DNA of 64,000 bases, from NCBI GenBank assembly GCA_040954595.2, contig CM082579.2, forward strand, positions 2,844,345 to 2,908,344, in the 5' to 3' direction. The position numbers and the translations under genes are program-made. The stretch comes from Balanoglossus misakiensis (lineage: Eukaryota; Animalia; Hemichordata). This document shows positions 1-14,800 of the stretch, piece by piece (within the stretch, counting starts at the first letter, position 1; each line of letters begins with the position of its first letter). The notes under the pieces are model-generated. The model saw nothing but the letters and a program-made list of their open reading frames with translations, was not told the origin of the DNA and did not search any database.

Positions 1-1660
1 TGGCATCTGCACATAGCCGTACACCAGACGTCCCAGTTTAACACTAACTATGTCTCTTCTTGCATGGTGTTTTGGAAATTGGTGTTTTCGCACTGAAAAG
101 AGAGTCATGGGAAACCTCTTAGAACCCGTCATAAAACCAATATGGCTGCTGACAGAAACAAGACTGACAGCTGATTGGCCATGTTGTGTTTTGGGTCACA
201 TTTGAGGTCACCAGCATCTTCTGCAGAGCCACGGAGTGGGGGGGGGGGGGGAGGCAACACAAGGCTTGGTAACTTAGGGAATCCCAGTCAGTTGAGTTGA
301 CAAGCCATGACAGATGACACCCATAAAATAAAAGCTCTTCCTAAGTGTCTGTGTTTCATGAACAGGTGTGGTTTGGATAATATTGTGATTTATTTCAATG
401 AGGCATAAATGTTCGCTGAAGTATTTTGGCATCATTCCTGAGCCTTCTCGTCATTGACAACTGCTTAGTTACCAGCATCACCGGTACCTGCTAGGTGACA
501 ATTGCTTCCAATTTCTCATTATGTTATAATTAAGAAATCATTGAAGGTCAAAATGTTAGATACCGACACATAATTTAGACTTGAGTCAGGTGAGAGAAAT
601 AAAGGGGTGTAACCAGATCATGCCTGTACATTGAATGAATGTCGCCTGTACTTTGGGGATCTGGTTCTGTGTTGTCTGAGCATTTGTAGGTCACTTGTAA
701 ATATAAAAAATAAATTGTGAATTATTGGTATGAGTCTGATGTGTGTACCAATGTCCATTTCAATTAACAAAATCCTCAAAATTATTGCCCTGTGTTAAAA
801 TCAAATCACCCAGCTGACAGTACTATCTCTTAACATTTACTTCCCCCTTGAATAAAAAATGCAGTCAATTAACATGGACAAAAATGAGATGAAATTGATC
901 ATTTTGTTACTGCGTGATTCATTTGTACCATGGGGCACTGGGACGACTTGCACACCACTGATCTTCATTGTTTTCCATGGCAACCGATGTCTGACAGGTG
1001 AAGAATTACCAGCGCCTGGCAAAAACAACAGTAAAATATTTATCTTAGGAATAATCATCCATCATAGATCAGTCATGCCACTCCGCTATTCGATATGTGC
1101 ACTCTCATGAATTCACCGCACAAACACGTGAAACATGAGAACTTTTCAACATGGAAGAACAGACACAAGTCACCTTGAATGGAAAATTGTTTTGACTGTC
1201 ATCAGAAATTCAACACCTGACTTTGATTTGACAATTGCAGGCAGCGATAAGAGTTTTTCTAATGTTTTTTACCCTGTGGCTATGCCAAGAACCCGTACTG
1301 TTTTAAATTACATAATTCAGTTTTTTTCTGGTGAATGTGACATCAGGCAAAGTGAAATGTCTCTGACAAATGGCGGCCATTTTGCACCTGCTGTGTAGTT
1401 GCTGTGTGAGTTATTATACATAAAAATGGAAGTCATAATTCTGAGACATAAACCCAAGTTCGCTTGTCTTGTGTACGGCTGGATTCCACCAAAGCCACAT
1501 TAGTGAAATAAGAAGCATACTTCTGTCTCATTTCCTAGTTTGTCATCCATCAAATTTATGAGCTTAATGTTTATGAATTTTTGTGAAAGCTCAGTACCTG
1601 AATAAAATTTACGGGGGTTCCCCAGTTATCTTCCTGGGATTTCCCTCAATATACCCATGT

Positions 1661-1710
1661 CGTCATCACCATCATCATCGCCATAGCCTTCGCCATCATC
1701 ATCATCATCG

Positions 1711-1766
<56 letters not shown>

Positions 1767-1821
1767 GTCATTGTCGTCGTCCTCCTCCTCCTCCTCCTCC
1801 TCCTCATCATCATCATCATCC

Positions 1822-1858
<37 letters not shown>
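1661..1858. repeat. Compound (CAT)n/(CCT)n microsatellite, probably intronic
   Basis: Direct trinucleotide runs; source of the poly-His and poly-Met pseudo-ORFs. Confidence 0.95.
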
Positions 1859-2879
1859 TGGAACATTAAAACTTAGACAGCATTCATTTTGGGGTGTAGC
1901 CAGTTCATTCAACTTTTGCAAATACAGAAACCCAAACTAACATGCCATGGCAACGCAAACGTACCGTGTTACAGCTTTTAGCCTTAACTTAAATTCCTTG
2001 ACCTTCTTTAGAAAAAACATGTCATTAATTTATGCCAATTTTTGATTTAGAGTTGTTTTTGTGAAGTTAGTCTTTCCGTTGAATAGTTCAACAGGTAAAG
2101 AAACGTTGGGTTTTCAGTATACCAGTGAAGTATTTGATTTATGTCGGTGATCTCTGTGGTGTGATACAGGGTAGGTACAGTTGTGGGCACTGACAAGTTT
2201 TGACAAATTACCAGATGAAGTGCCTGTTTGTTTGGCTGTCTGCCAGTGGTAAGATTCACACTTGGTTTGCTCTCTTCGTGGGCTGTAAAATTAGCCACCT
2301 ATTTTGTAGAAGGAAGAAGTTTTGGCTGTTTTGTTGCTGTTTTATTCTTACTTGCGATGGAAAGGCGAAATTTCTCTGGCAAGCCATCACCCCACCCCCA
2401 CCCCTTAAGAAAATGGTAGTTCAGAGTAGAAAAACAGGATATCAGTTTGGTCAGACTTAATCGATTTATAAGTGTGAAACGCTGGCAGGAGTAAACAGAG
2501 ACTGATTTTCTGTCGTAATAACAGCATCAATCATGTGAAAATATGGCCAGCGCCGGCTCGCACCAAACAAGCCTCTCGAGGGGTTTGCATGGTGACATGT
2601 AAAGCTGTGTCAAATCACGTCACATGGCATCACAGGTACTTCACGTACTTCACACTTTGTGACAAGTTAATCACCAGGTCTTAGACATACTGGAATGCTC
2701 TAGAAATTGTTCAAATATTTTTCGTGGTGAAGTTACCAAGACTACGAAAATTGATGATAACATTCCCTGTGTCAGTTGATATACTTTAATTTGTAACTTT
2801 TAACTTAAACCGACCAAGTTTTTCAACTGGTATCATTTTTCCTCGCTTTAACCTTTTTCTTCTCTTCCATGCATTGCAG

Positions 2880-5800
2880 ACGTACATGAAACCTCTGAGA
2901 AGTCCGGAAAATGCAGGTATCATGGACCCAGGAACAGTGGATGTGATCTTCTATAAAATCCCGGAAATCCTCGAAAGTCACCAACGATTCCTCCTGCAGC
3001 TGACTGTCCGAGTCAATAACTGGAATGACAAGCAGAAAATTGGAGATCTAATACTTTCTTCTGTGAGTATATCGTAGTCTGCAAACTAGTTCTGGATGTG
3101 AGTTCAACAGTATTTTGTTGTCGTTTTTAGTTCAAAATCAATGGAAGATGAGAAAAAAATTTCGATTTGTGCCAAGAATTTTGGAGGGAGTATGTAACAA
3201 AGCAAACATGCTCTTTTCTTTATCGTGTTTGCTGCTTGTTTGTTTGTATACATCTTATCGTGCAAGGCGCAGTTCGTTCGGGAAGGTAAGGATTGATGGG
3301 CTTTGATGAACTCACACGCATCAAACTTGTACGGTACGTCGATTGTTGCCATGACTCACTTCAAAAATCAGCATGGCACAGTCTTTTGTGACACGCACTT
3401 CACGCTCCACTTGAATCTGCCATGAAGATGAAGATGCATGCGATCCGGGGTGAAAAAACAAAGCCCTTTATTGTAATCCGCCCGTTCAATCATGTCATGT
3501 ATTCAGTGCCTGACATAAGTACTACTTCAACAGGTGTCTGTATGAAAAACCCCTTGCTGTTCCACAACAAGGATCTTCTGATTTTCAATGTCAGAACTCG
3601 AACTCCAATTAAGGTGTGAAAGTGTCTTCCTCCCTGCAAGCAACTGTCTGATGATATCTTCAGAGATTTTGAGAGCTGGAACACCAAGCCTTGTGTTGAC
3701 GTCATTACTGAGTCGAATTACATGTGTGCGTGTGTTTAGTATTCAACTTTACTTCAATAGACTTGGACCAATCATTGTTAGAGATAATGAGATCTCACAA
3801 ACAATCAACAGTTCATGACTATGTGCATATAATGTGCGTGTGTGTGTCTGTGTCTATGTGTGCGTGCGCATGCACATGCATATCATGTGTTCATGTTTGT
3901 GACAGTGTGTGTTTGTAGTTGATAATTACATTCTTTCATATCAAAAGTTATCATTGTGGGAGTCAGCGTGTGTGTGAACCCACGAGAACTGTCACTGTGC
4001 GGGCATCCCTTGCCTGAGGAGGTTACAGTTTCATCTCAGTGTATTGATGTGTTTACCACACACAAACATGCCTTTCACTATTAGAGCAATTTGATCAGCA
4101 GCCTTGGGATACTGAGGCCATGCCATCCTTCTTAATTGACCAGCCTAATTAGGACATAAATCGCAGAATGGTATTTAAACAGGTTAATTGCTGACTGTCA
4201 ATCACTGTCGCTGCTAGCTGGCAGGCCAGCCGATGATTTGTCACCATGGCATAATTGATTAAAGGGCCTGTGGCTTGTTCGCTGACCCCCCCCCCCCCAT
4301 ACATTTGTGTCTGCTGTTGCATTACACAGACAGTTCAGATTTAAAATTAGTGGTTTAATATCTCATACTGCTGTTTAACACCAAGTGTGAGTGTGTTGTC
4401 AACAGTTTCCATCGTCTATTTTAGGTACATCCCAGAATGCAACAGCGGCTGAAAAGCTGCAAATGAGCCCAATCTGAGCCTCTGTATTTGTCAGGGCTGA
4501 GAAATATTGTGGAAGGAATAATGTATCCCCTATAATGCCATTTCAGTTTCTTTCATCTGATATGTTAATTTTTGTCACTTACTGGACTGAAAAGTCTTCA
4601 ATCAGTCTCTGTGATTAGAGACAAAAGACAAATACTTGCAGATGACATCATCTTCTGTGGTGTGATGTCACTGAATGTATTTTTGTGTTATTGCCAACAC
4701 ATTGGGCCGTCAGGTGAGTTCTGTAATCGGTGATCCATCGGTTCGTAAACAAGACAATGACCTCCCACTCAGTTCAGAAACAACACGAATGTTGCCAGAA
4801 ATAGCAACCTCCTGTTTTAAGCTTCTTTATGGGGTAGAAAGTAAACCTCTTAATAGAGTGATGGAGAATTGGTATTCACCCAAGAGATGCTTGTACTTTG
4901 TTCTCGCGCTAATGGTGATGTTATTGTCCAGAATGTCTACGCAGAGAATTACACACCCAGCAGAGTTGATTACCTAAAATAAGTACCTCACCTAAAGATC
5001 TTGTTGAGATATGTGAAGTAGAGAACGAGATGAGAAAAACAAGGTTTGGGCTTTCTTTACTGGTAATCAGTACGTCAGAATGACATCACCTCTGAAAAGT
5101 AGTTGGGACAGAAATTTGTACATGTAGTTTGTAAGGTCTTTAATTGCACTCTGTTGTAAATCTGTGTCTTAATCTACTACACAAAGTGGGTAACGTGAGA
5201 ATGTCAGCAGCCACTACAATTTGATGGCAGTTGCCATCATGTTGTTATACCTAAACTGACATTCTGTACTTACTTACTAATTGTAATAAACGATTTCTGA
5301 CAAACTCAGGCACTACCTTGAGAGAAGCGAAAACCAAAAAATATATACAAAAATCAAAAGATGCACCTTGTGGTTCTCCATTCAACAAAAAAAATTGCCT
5401 TTAGTCTTTTGAGAATTATAAAATGACAGGTAAGTATGCAAATCTGCTGTAGCCATAGCAGTGTTGACTGTGAAATTTATCGTAGTTTAGGTTCTGTGCA
5501 ATTCTACTAGTGTCAAGTTCATTGCCATCAAAGGGCAGCATGCGTTGCTAATATTGATTTACTGAGGTGAAGGACCTTTTCAGTGTCTCTCTCCATCAAT
5601 TCATCCGTTTGATCAGTGCGGATGACAAGACACTGTGATAGTAACTATCTCAGCGGGGCCATATGTCCAAATCATTTATTAACAAGATGGAAAATGGTTG
5701 ACGTGTGGAGTTAGCGGGATAGTGTATCTGTTGGATGCTGCACACACATCAACAGGTTGATCCCGGTGATGTTTTGTTTGGAAGGGTCTACCATTTATTA

Positions 5801-8800
5801 TTATATTTGACTGTTGCACTCTTCTTGTGTTGGGACTTATCCCAAACAGTACCACTGTTGCTGGTCATTGTAGATTCATCACCATGGTAACAATGGCGGC
5901 CATGTTTTTGGTTCCTGCAAACTGAACATTGTGGCTTTTCTTGTTGAGGACTGCTCGCAATTGAACAAGAAGTGGGAAAAAAATAATTAACAATGGCTAA
6001 TAATGCCTGCATTGTTTCAGACAAAGCCCACTGAAACAGTTGTTCTCCAGTGTAAAGTTAAACGAAAACAAACACGCAGTCAGGGGTCACATGAGTGAAA
6101 GGAGAGGAACTCACAATGACCTCTTGTTGTGTGAGTAAACTTGATGCAACAAGTTGCAAAAGACCTGACAGTGGCTGATTGTTAAAGAGTAGTTGATGGG
6201 GGGATTTACTTCGACCATTGTTTTGTGATAACAGTGACAGAAGTATTGAATTGCCATTCTAGTCATCAGAGCACATGCAGCTCTCATCCTTTGCTTGTAG
6301 GCATTACAATGAATTGTCAGTCACCAGAACTCCACTACCATTCCATAATGACCACAAACACAATGGCTCTACATGTACACTGTAGACATATCTCGCATCA
6401 TTCACTCTTTGCTTAAACTATGCCTTAAACCACAACACCAAAACTTGACCCAGTTGTAATGTTTCATTGTCAAGACCTACACACTATTTTATTTGCTCGG
6501 GAGTTGTCCAAGGTCAGAGGTCAGAGCAATACTCCCCACCACTGTAGTGCAGGTGTTTGTTTCTGTTTAGATGAGTTTGAACTTGTCTTTTGTTTTGTGA
6601 TTTATTTTGCCCGATTATTTGTATGCGCTCTTCACTGATGAGATACGATTCTATTTAAACTTGGATAAAGTTCAAATGGAGAAAGAGCTGTGGTCTAGTT
6701 CTTAAAATGGGGGCAACCATGATCATGTTCGTCTTATTAGGTTTCAAATCAATTAAATAAAATCTGTACTCATATTAAATTATTATGGATTTGTTCGTCT
6801 GACAGCAAAAAATGCTGACCTTAAAAAATCAAACACATTTGTTCATTGACAGTCAGGTGCGTGCTTTTGATGGAAGGGACCAACCCCTTTGGTCAGGTTA
6901 TGCACAAATTTTAGTCTCATTTCGTATCAGTCACTAATTGGTCTTGTTAACATAATTAAATAGATGTTAACACACAAAAACAGACACATACATCTGTATA
7001 GACAGAGACACACCCACACACAAACAGATAAACTTTGAGCTAAATGTCAAAGGATGAGCAGTTGAAATTAATCTGGTCTCACAAGGCTTCTCAGACCTAA
7101 AAACTTCTAGATTCTTCTGAGCATCTATCTGAGTTGACTGAGATTGAGAGCACAGAAGAGTTTTCCAGAAAGTTCACATATTTTATCTAGGGTGAAATTT
7201 TAATAGGATTCAGGGAGATGGCAGTGATTTTAATGGATTATCCAACATTCTTTGCAGTTTTGTGTGGGCGAAAAGCTCTGAATGACCTGCTAGTCATGGC
7301 TCGTCAACAATTTGAGTGTATTGTTCACAAAATTTTACATGAATTTGTCCACGTATGTATCATTTTGCAGTTACTGTAGGTTGTGTACACTGTCGAACGT
7401 CACCATCCCCCCAGGCTATAAAAAGTGGTTTTCTGAGGTACAAATAAAACTCTATGCATAACTGACTCCTTGATTTACTGTCATTATGGCATGGTTCGTT
7501 GATTAGCAGACAGACATTTCCTTCCGCATATCAGAGGTTTAATACAGCGCTTCAGGTAACAAAAACCCAAATGCCTTGATTTGTTGTATGTAGAAATGGG
7601 TGAATATTTCCAGAACTCATTTACAGGGGAAATTGTTAAGTGAAGCATACTTGCGCACAATTGCTAGAGCTAGTCACACAATTTTTGGTGAGGAAAGAAA
7701 TTCTTCATCAATCCCACACGTCAATCAAAACATCAAGGCGTCCCATTGGACCACGGCTGTCCAACCGTACTTCGGACATTACTTGCCCAGACCTGGCGCA
7801 AGGCTGCAGACTTCCAATGTGACAGCCAAATTTAAGCCTTGTAGGAAGTTACCCACTTAACAGCCGAGGCCGAACGATCCTAATTGCATCTCTGCTCAGC
7901 AGCTGCTTGGAATTCCAACATAAAAGATGGACTGTGTGAGAGACACACTCAAAAGGCGATGGAGATGTCGTTGTCAATGAAATCCTGGTGTTTTTATCTC
8001 TTCCGTGTGATTTGTTTTGACTAAAAACTCTCATGTGTGTTCTAGATGAGAGTGTCAATAACACTCTTCTTAGCCCTGTTGTCAGTTGTCTGTGATATCC
8101 TGTGAATGGACACACAAAACATTGCCTGTATCTTTCAGAATGCAGTAAAGGGAAAAAGTCAGTATCTTTCCACATTATGCAGTTCCATCTTTGCAGAAAC
8201 AAGGTGTATGGTCTGTTGCTAGGTTCTCACCTGTGCCCTTTTAATATATCTGCCCATAGACATTGATGTCTCGCAATGTGATATTTTACTGAACATTGTA
8301 ACTTTTGCACCGGCACTTGAAAGGTTGCACACAGCACCTGGTTTTGTTTTAAAGTAGGGATTAAATCTACGAGAGAGGTTAGAAATGGCTTTCAATGGGG
8401 GAGGCCTGGCTGATTGTTGGTTGCAGGGGGACCATGCATAGTACGTATGACTCTGTACAAAGGGCAATGTTGTCTCAGGTGAGCTTACGCTGTCCATGGC
8501 CACGAAGAAACTCATCTGCAAGCAATATCCCAATAGGGGTAATATACATGTACCGCGGCTTTCAGTGAAAGCTTTAGGGCTTATAAAGTGCATGTACATC
8601 CCCAGCACAATTCGTTTGAAATCTAGAGATGATCGAGCCAGCAAAACAGACAGTCTGTCACTTATTACAATACGTGTTCAAATTCCTGCATTGTGAGTCT
8701 GGTGTAAATTCCGACCGTCAAGGATGGAATGCCACTCTGAAGCATTATTTACTTGAAAAGGGGGAAAAGTTTCACGACACGGAGAGAATGCTGTAACATT

Positions 8801-11800
8801 CTTGTTGTCCTCATTACAAAACTCTTCCTTTCCCACCGATTATGCAATCAGTGTCGGATACCCATTTTCCCAAATCACAGCATAAAAATGTATGTTGAAA
8901 ACTTAATGTTATCTAAACCATTTTTTCATGTAAATGTCTCTTTCGTAATAGCCCGCAATCAATTTTCTGACGACCACTGAGGAATCAGTCTTGCTTTAAT
9001 TTGGACAGATGCATCACGATTGCAGAGAAGTAAAAGCCAGCCTCTGGCAAAACAAACTACTGACTGGGAGAAAAACAAATTTGCCTGTCATGAAAACATC
9101 ACTTCAAGTGAAATTCTCCCTCCCACACACATTTTCCACACAGACTACAGTTTTCTGTGACTGTAACCCAAGCATGCCACCTACATCTTTACATCCAGCA
9201 TATTTATCAATTTCATTTATCTCTGTAATAAGTCAAATCTGTTCATGATCAGTCAATCTATGTAGAAAGTATAACAGTGCAGCTGCTAAGTTTCATATTT
9301 TGGTGAAAGAGTCGCGAAAATGGTCAAAATCCAGTGTTCAATTGATAGGATGATAAAAATTGAATATTGGATCATTAAAAACAGTGATGACTGATTCATC
9401 AAATGCAGTTACTGCATTGGAAGGTAGTGAACATCCAAATGCTTAGTATTGGAGTCAGAGAGGCCAATGTCCGAGTGTTGTTTGGTTCTCGAGGGGTCAT
9501 GACATTGGCTGTGACACACATCAGTTCTGCATTATATTGTTGTTTGTAAGAAGATGTCACATTATGACACCAGACAGCCCAGGGAGAAAATTCAGGCGTG
9601 AAGGTCAAAAATATGGAGAAAAAAACACAGGCAAGCAAGGGCAGCTGTGCATGTGGTGAAGAAGTTAGCATTCCTCGAACTGTGTGGGTCAAAAGTCATT
9701 TGCAGGCCAATTTGACCATGGAAAATCAGCAGATGTCTGGATATCTGCGTTTTCCCAAAAGATGGAATGGAGACAAAAATGATTGACATTTAAATAACAA
9801 CAAGCACTGGACAAATTTCTGGTTTGAAGTTTATCTGCCAGATGTGGTGACTTCATAGCCAGTAGAAGCTTTAACTACACTCATTAATTTTGGAAAAATC
9901 ATAACCAATATACGTATGATCTTTTTTCTCAGGATTTCCCAAGAACAACCCAAGGAAATGATTTATCTCATTAAATTCTAATGGTTTGAGATTCTTTTAT
10001 TTCAGTTCAACAAACAACGTCTTATGGACGACTACCTGGCCTTTGTGGACAATTTTGGCCAAGCCAAGGAAACTTTCAAAGAAGCCAAAGAGTGTAAGCC
10101 AAGCTTTAGACAATTCCTGGAGAGCTGCAACAGAGGAACCAAAAGTAAATTTACATTTGACGACTTGATTATTCAACCGGTGCAAAGGATACCGAGATAT
10201 TCGCTGATCATAAAGGTGAGTTTTTACCGCGTATTGAAGTATTTTTTAATCCTGTATAGCATAGTAAAACAGAAGAGAGTTGTCTTTGTTTCCGTGTGAC
10301 CCGTCTTGAATTACAGGGAAAGCATATTTTGCTGGTTTGTGCCTGGACAAATCCTGTAGTAAAGCTGAGGATAGATGAATGATGAAACCTAAATTTAATA
10401 GGAAAAAAAATATACGTTTAGATTGAGATGTCAGAGTGAAGTCAAGTGAGTATCCTCGTGTTGTTTTAACTCCTGGCAATGTTTCTCTTGAGTGGAGTTG
10501 AGTAGTTGAAATATGACGTGCGAAATGATCAGGTGAGCGTCTTTGGACCAATCAGCAGTGCCTAATCACCAAGGTGTCTATCCTGCTGGGATGTCTGGGG
10601 CTTCATTATTCAAGGTGCATGTTATCGTGCAAAGAATATATTAAGGTTCTTAAAAAATAAAGCAGATCCATATAATGACAAAACACCAGGGTAGCATTTA
10701 TTGATATCCTATCTGATGAGGCATTTCCTCTCCGGATGAAGCCTGAGTAGGGCAATGGAACCGCAAGTTAGACGGTTGCTATGGAGCCCGTACTGGGAGT
10801 TTAACAGCTCAAACAACAACCGGTGGTATCGCTGTGGACCTGTGGCCTTCCTGCCACCATTACATTCCAAGTATTTGCATAGCAAGGATTACATGCTGAA
10901 TGACTTACCTCAAAAGTGTTCTGTATTTTGAGTTGTGTGTGTTTTGAGTCAGAACTGAGATAGTTTTCCTTGATCGAATTGACAGTTTGCCGACTGGTTA
11001 GATGGTCAAGTGTTGACCATGTATTGGGAATTCCCAGTTCTATCCCACAATGCATCTGCACATTTTGTGGGCTCAACAGCAAGTGTATATTACAGTTACT
11101 GCTGATAATTACAGTGAAATTTTACTCTCTCCACTAATAAAGAAAAAGAAAAACATGTCCGAACAGCCAGTGTGAGTATCTATCAAAAATTTATCAGCTT
11201 TTTGACGGCTTTCCTCAATGTAGACCGTATGTCTAACAGAAAGATGGATGTATTCTCTATGAACTCGGTGCTTTATCATAAACAAGTCATGAAACCATGA
11301 CCTGCAGGTACACAGGCACAGTGTCAAACAAATAGGAAATTGTCACCTAACACTATCTGTAATTAAGTTTATTGATCAGACACCCAAAGTGTGAAAAACC
11401 TCAAACGTTCTTATCAGCAGTGCTGTCAAAATGTCTCTTTATTGGTGTAGCTCTCTGCGGTTGCTTGGCTACAGATGACACGGCGTGACCCGGGGTCGTG
11501 GAGTTCAACATCATTATGTAGCGTGAGATGCAGCTTCTGAGAACGTCAGATAAATCTCTTGAATGTATTCTTTGTGCGTGAGTTTCCCCCTTGTAAATTG
11601 ATTGGCGACTGACAGAAAAAAAATCGATAAACGTGATACGGCCAAAGCACCCACGATTCTCCGTTATCAATTCAAGTGTGAGGATTATCTTGAGTCCGTG
11701 AGCATTGTACTGCCGTGGAACAAAAAATATTTTCTCTTCGTACGGTAAAAGTGTAGCTTTCTAAATCAGAACTGTGAACAACTTTTATATGTTGGTTCTG

Positions 11801-14800
11801 TTAAAAACCATCAATTGCTGAATTTGCAAATTGTTACTGGGAACCACTCGATTGAATGTAATGCATGTACTATGACAGAAGTGATTTATTAGAACTGTAT
11901 TGACAAAAGAACATTCAACACATGATAAACTGGTCTTTTCCTATACTAGTATATGTACATTCCACAATTTTTTTATGTTAGATTATGCCTAAGTGCTGAA
12001 GAATTGTTTATGTTAACAGATTCACTGGACATCTAGTTCTAGTTTAATATACATTTTGTGACTTAAATTCAGTGAAAGGAATTGTTGTGTTATGTCTCTC
12101 TCTCTCTAGTTCTGATGTCAACTCTGACTTCTCTTGTTGTTTGTTTGCAGGAGCTATTGAAGCACACCTCCAGTACCCATCCTGACCACAGCACTCTCAA
12201 AGATGCGAGGAAAGAGATTGACAAACTCGGCCTGACCATCAACGAAGCCGACCGCGCTGAGAAGAACCTTCAAACGTTACAAGGGATAGACAGTATGATT
12301 GAAGGCAATGTCGATCTCATCATACCTGGCCGGGAGTTCCTCAAACAATATCCGGTCGCCGAAATGGTATTCTTAATTATTGTGTTTCCTTTGTGTTATT
12401 GTCTTGTGTGAACTTTTGCAGAGTATGCTCTGTGGTCAATTGTTACAATTCAACTCACACCCTGCATATGGGCATCCTTCAAAATTTAGTCAATACATTG
12501 TATGTATCATATTCCTGTCATCACCCATATACAGTGAGTGCTTTGAGCCTTAACAACCGGTAATTGGACATATTTAAATGAACAGAGTATAAAAAAGTAT
12601 AATAGTCAAAATAACGTCAAAAGTGATTAGCTTGGCCCCTTTTAGCAGCAGATGTTGTTTTTGTTTTCCTCTGAGGCTGAACAAATTGTTCTCTCCCAAG
12701 TCTGTAAGCTGCTGTTCATTTTGATGCCGCTTTAATTAGTTTATTTATAGTAACACCATTTATAATGACTAGGAAGGGGGGATCTGTGTGCAACTGGCTT
12801 CCATCTTGAAGTTTCCATGGCAACAGCATCCGTGATCTGTGTGATACCTTTCGCGTTTCCGCTATTCTTATCAAATAAGCATATTGGTTTCTGTTGCCCT
12901 GTCCTTCAGAATCTGTGAGGTTTTCCAGTAAAATGTGTTGATGATGTTTACGTTTCTCACATTTCTGATCTGTTGTTGTTTTTTTCTTGTCAGATCCAGA
13001 AAGGAAGTCGGGAAGGTCTTCTGAAGAAGGACAGGGCCCTCTTCCTGTTCTCAGATCTGTTGATGTGCACAAGCGTCAAAAGGAAATCGGGACGAGCTTC
13101 AATATCAGTGTAAGTGTCTGGCGGCTTTGTTCAAATCGTGACAGAATGAGGCAGATTCAAAACAGTGACGTGTATACCAAGGTTGCATTGATTTGGGCAT
13201 GATGTCATTGGTACTTAAATGATATCAGTGATTTTAGGTGAACTAAAAACTCCACTAGCTGTAACTTTTTGGCCAACTATTCACTACTTTTGTTATGTGC
13301 CCTCAACTGCAATTTCTTGTTTGACTTTTACCCTGTGTTAGTTTTCCTCAGATTCTCATATTAGCACATCACTTCTCTTTCAGATTTAACCCAAACCTCA
13401 TCCTGGAAGCAAGTAAATTCAAGTTGCTGTGGAAACACCATCTTGACGATGTGGAGATTGTCAAACATAGCAACCTTAACCGGAGGGCGAGCATCGAAAG
13501 ACTCGTCAGTCAACTGGAGGAGGACATCAACGTTCTCAACCAAATAAAGGACTTGACGGACAATTTGAACCAGGCACATGAGGTAAAGTCACGAGTGGTC
13601 AGTGAGCTTTGAACTGTGCACTTTTAAATGAGGTCAAGAATTGGTTGATCACCTTGAACTTGATGTGGTCGTGCGGGTGATGGATGGGCTCTTTTGGTAG
13701 AATGCGTGAGAGATACAATCTTTTCAAAGATTTATTAATTCCATTATCAGCAGAGTGCGACATGAAATGATGTGTCAGTGTACTATGATGACGCAGTGAC
13801 TTGGGTAGGGTACATGTGTACTTTTCGATTACTTCCCTCATGGGGAGAAAATTAGAAAGAGTCGTACTGAACCAGACAACTGCATTCATACCCGCAACCT
13901 GCAGCAGACCATGCATATATTACATTGTTTGCCTCTACTTTGGATGTTTTGTGCTTCCCTCTGGGCACCATGTTATGGTATAGTCCTCACTCTTTCTTCA
14001 CTGATGGGATATCCCACTGTATGGGGAACAGGGGTGAAAGGTTTCATTGCCATAAAATCAGCCAGGTTTCATGTCGCATGGGGGAAGACTTAATTCTCAA
14101 CAAAGGTGATTTTCATGAGATATACGCAACTTTGCCATAGAAACTGTATGTCTTCATTGTGACCTTTGGTATTTCCAAGACATCGCTGGTGATGTACACC
14201 ACAGTTCACCGTATCCGTGCCACTGAGTTGTTGCCATAACATTTGTGAAAAACTGCCTGGGGCAATTTGTGTAATCTGTCAGTGAAATACTACCATGGAT
14301 ACGGCTACCTTATACCGGTATCTAGGACCATCATGGGAGCATCTGAATAAAGGGGTAGTTTGGAAAGTGCAGTTTGATGTTGAAAGGAGGCAGATCTTCT
14401 CTCAGTTGTTATAGAGATGTACTGATAGAAAGTGCATGGAGTGGTTTATTCTGAATCGCGTTGCCTAGTTACGGTAGTACTTGTTGCCTAGTCACCACAG
14501 TTCTCGCTTTTCTTGCAGTCACTTGACGAAGTGGTGCGGGAGCTGATGGATGGTATAAACAAGAAACTAGCGGAAAACAGACTGCCAGCGGTGATGTCAC
14601 CAACACTGATCGCCAAAGAAGTAGAACTGCAAGCTACAACACCGTAAGTGTTGTTTTTTCTGGTTATGATATTTTGGCTTGACGTTGTAGATTTGTTTGG
14701 CTGAATAAACCAAAGTACACGGTAGAGTCACACTTCAGGTTCAATCAACGTTCAACCCAAGAGGGCGCTATTGATGCCTCAGTAGGAGGTTTTATGGTAA

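Noticed and set aside
1583-1921. Poly-His and poly-Met ORFs (also 35870-36415)
   Set aside because: Translations of (CAT)n microsatellites.
7600-8696. Cluster of 60-141 aa ORFs in the 7-kb ARHGEF17 intron (possible nested gene)
   Set aside because: No recognisable domain and no consistent exon chain.
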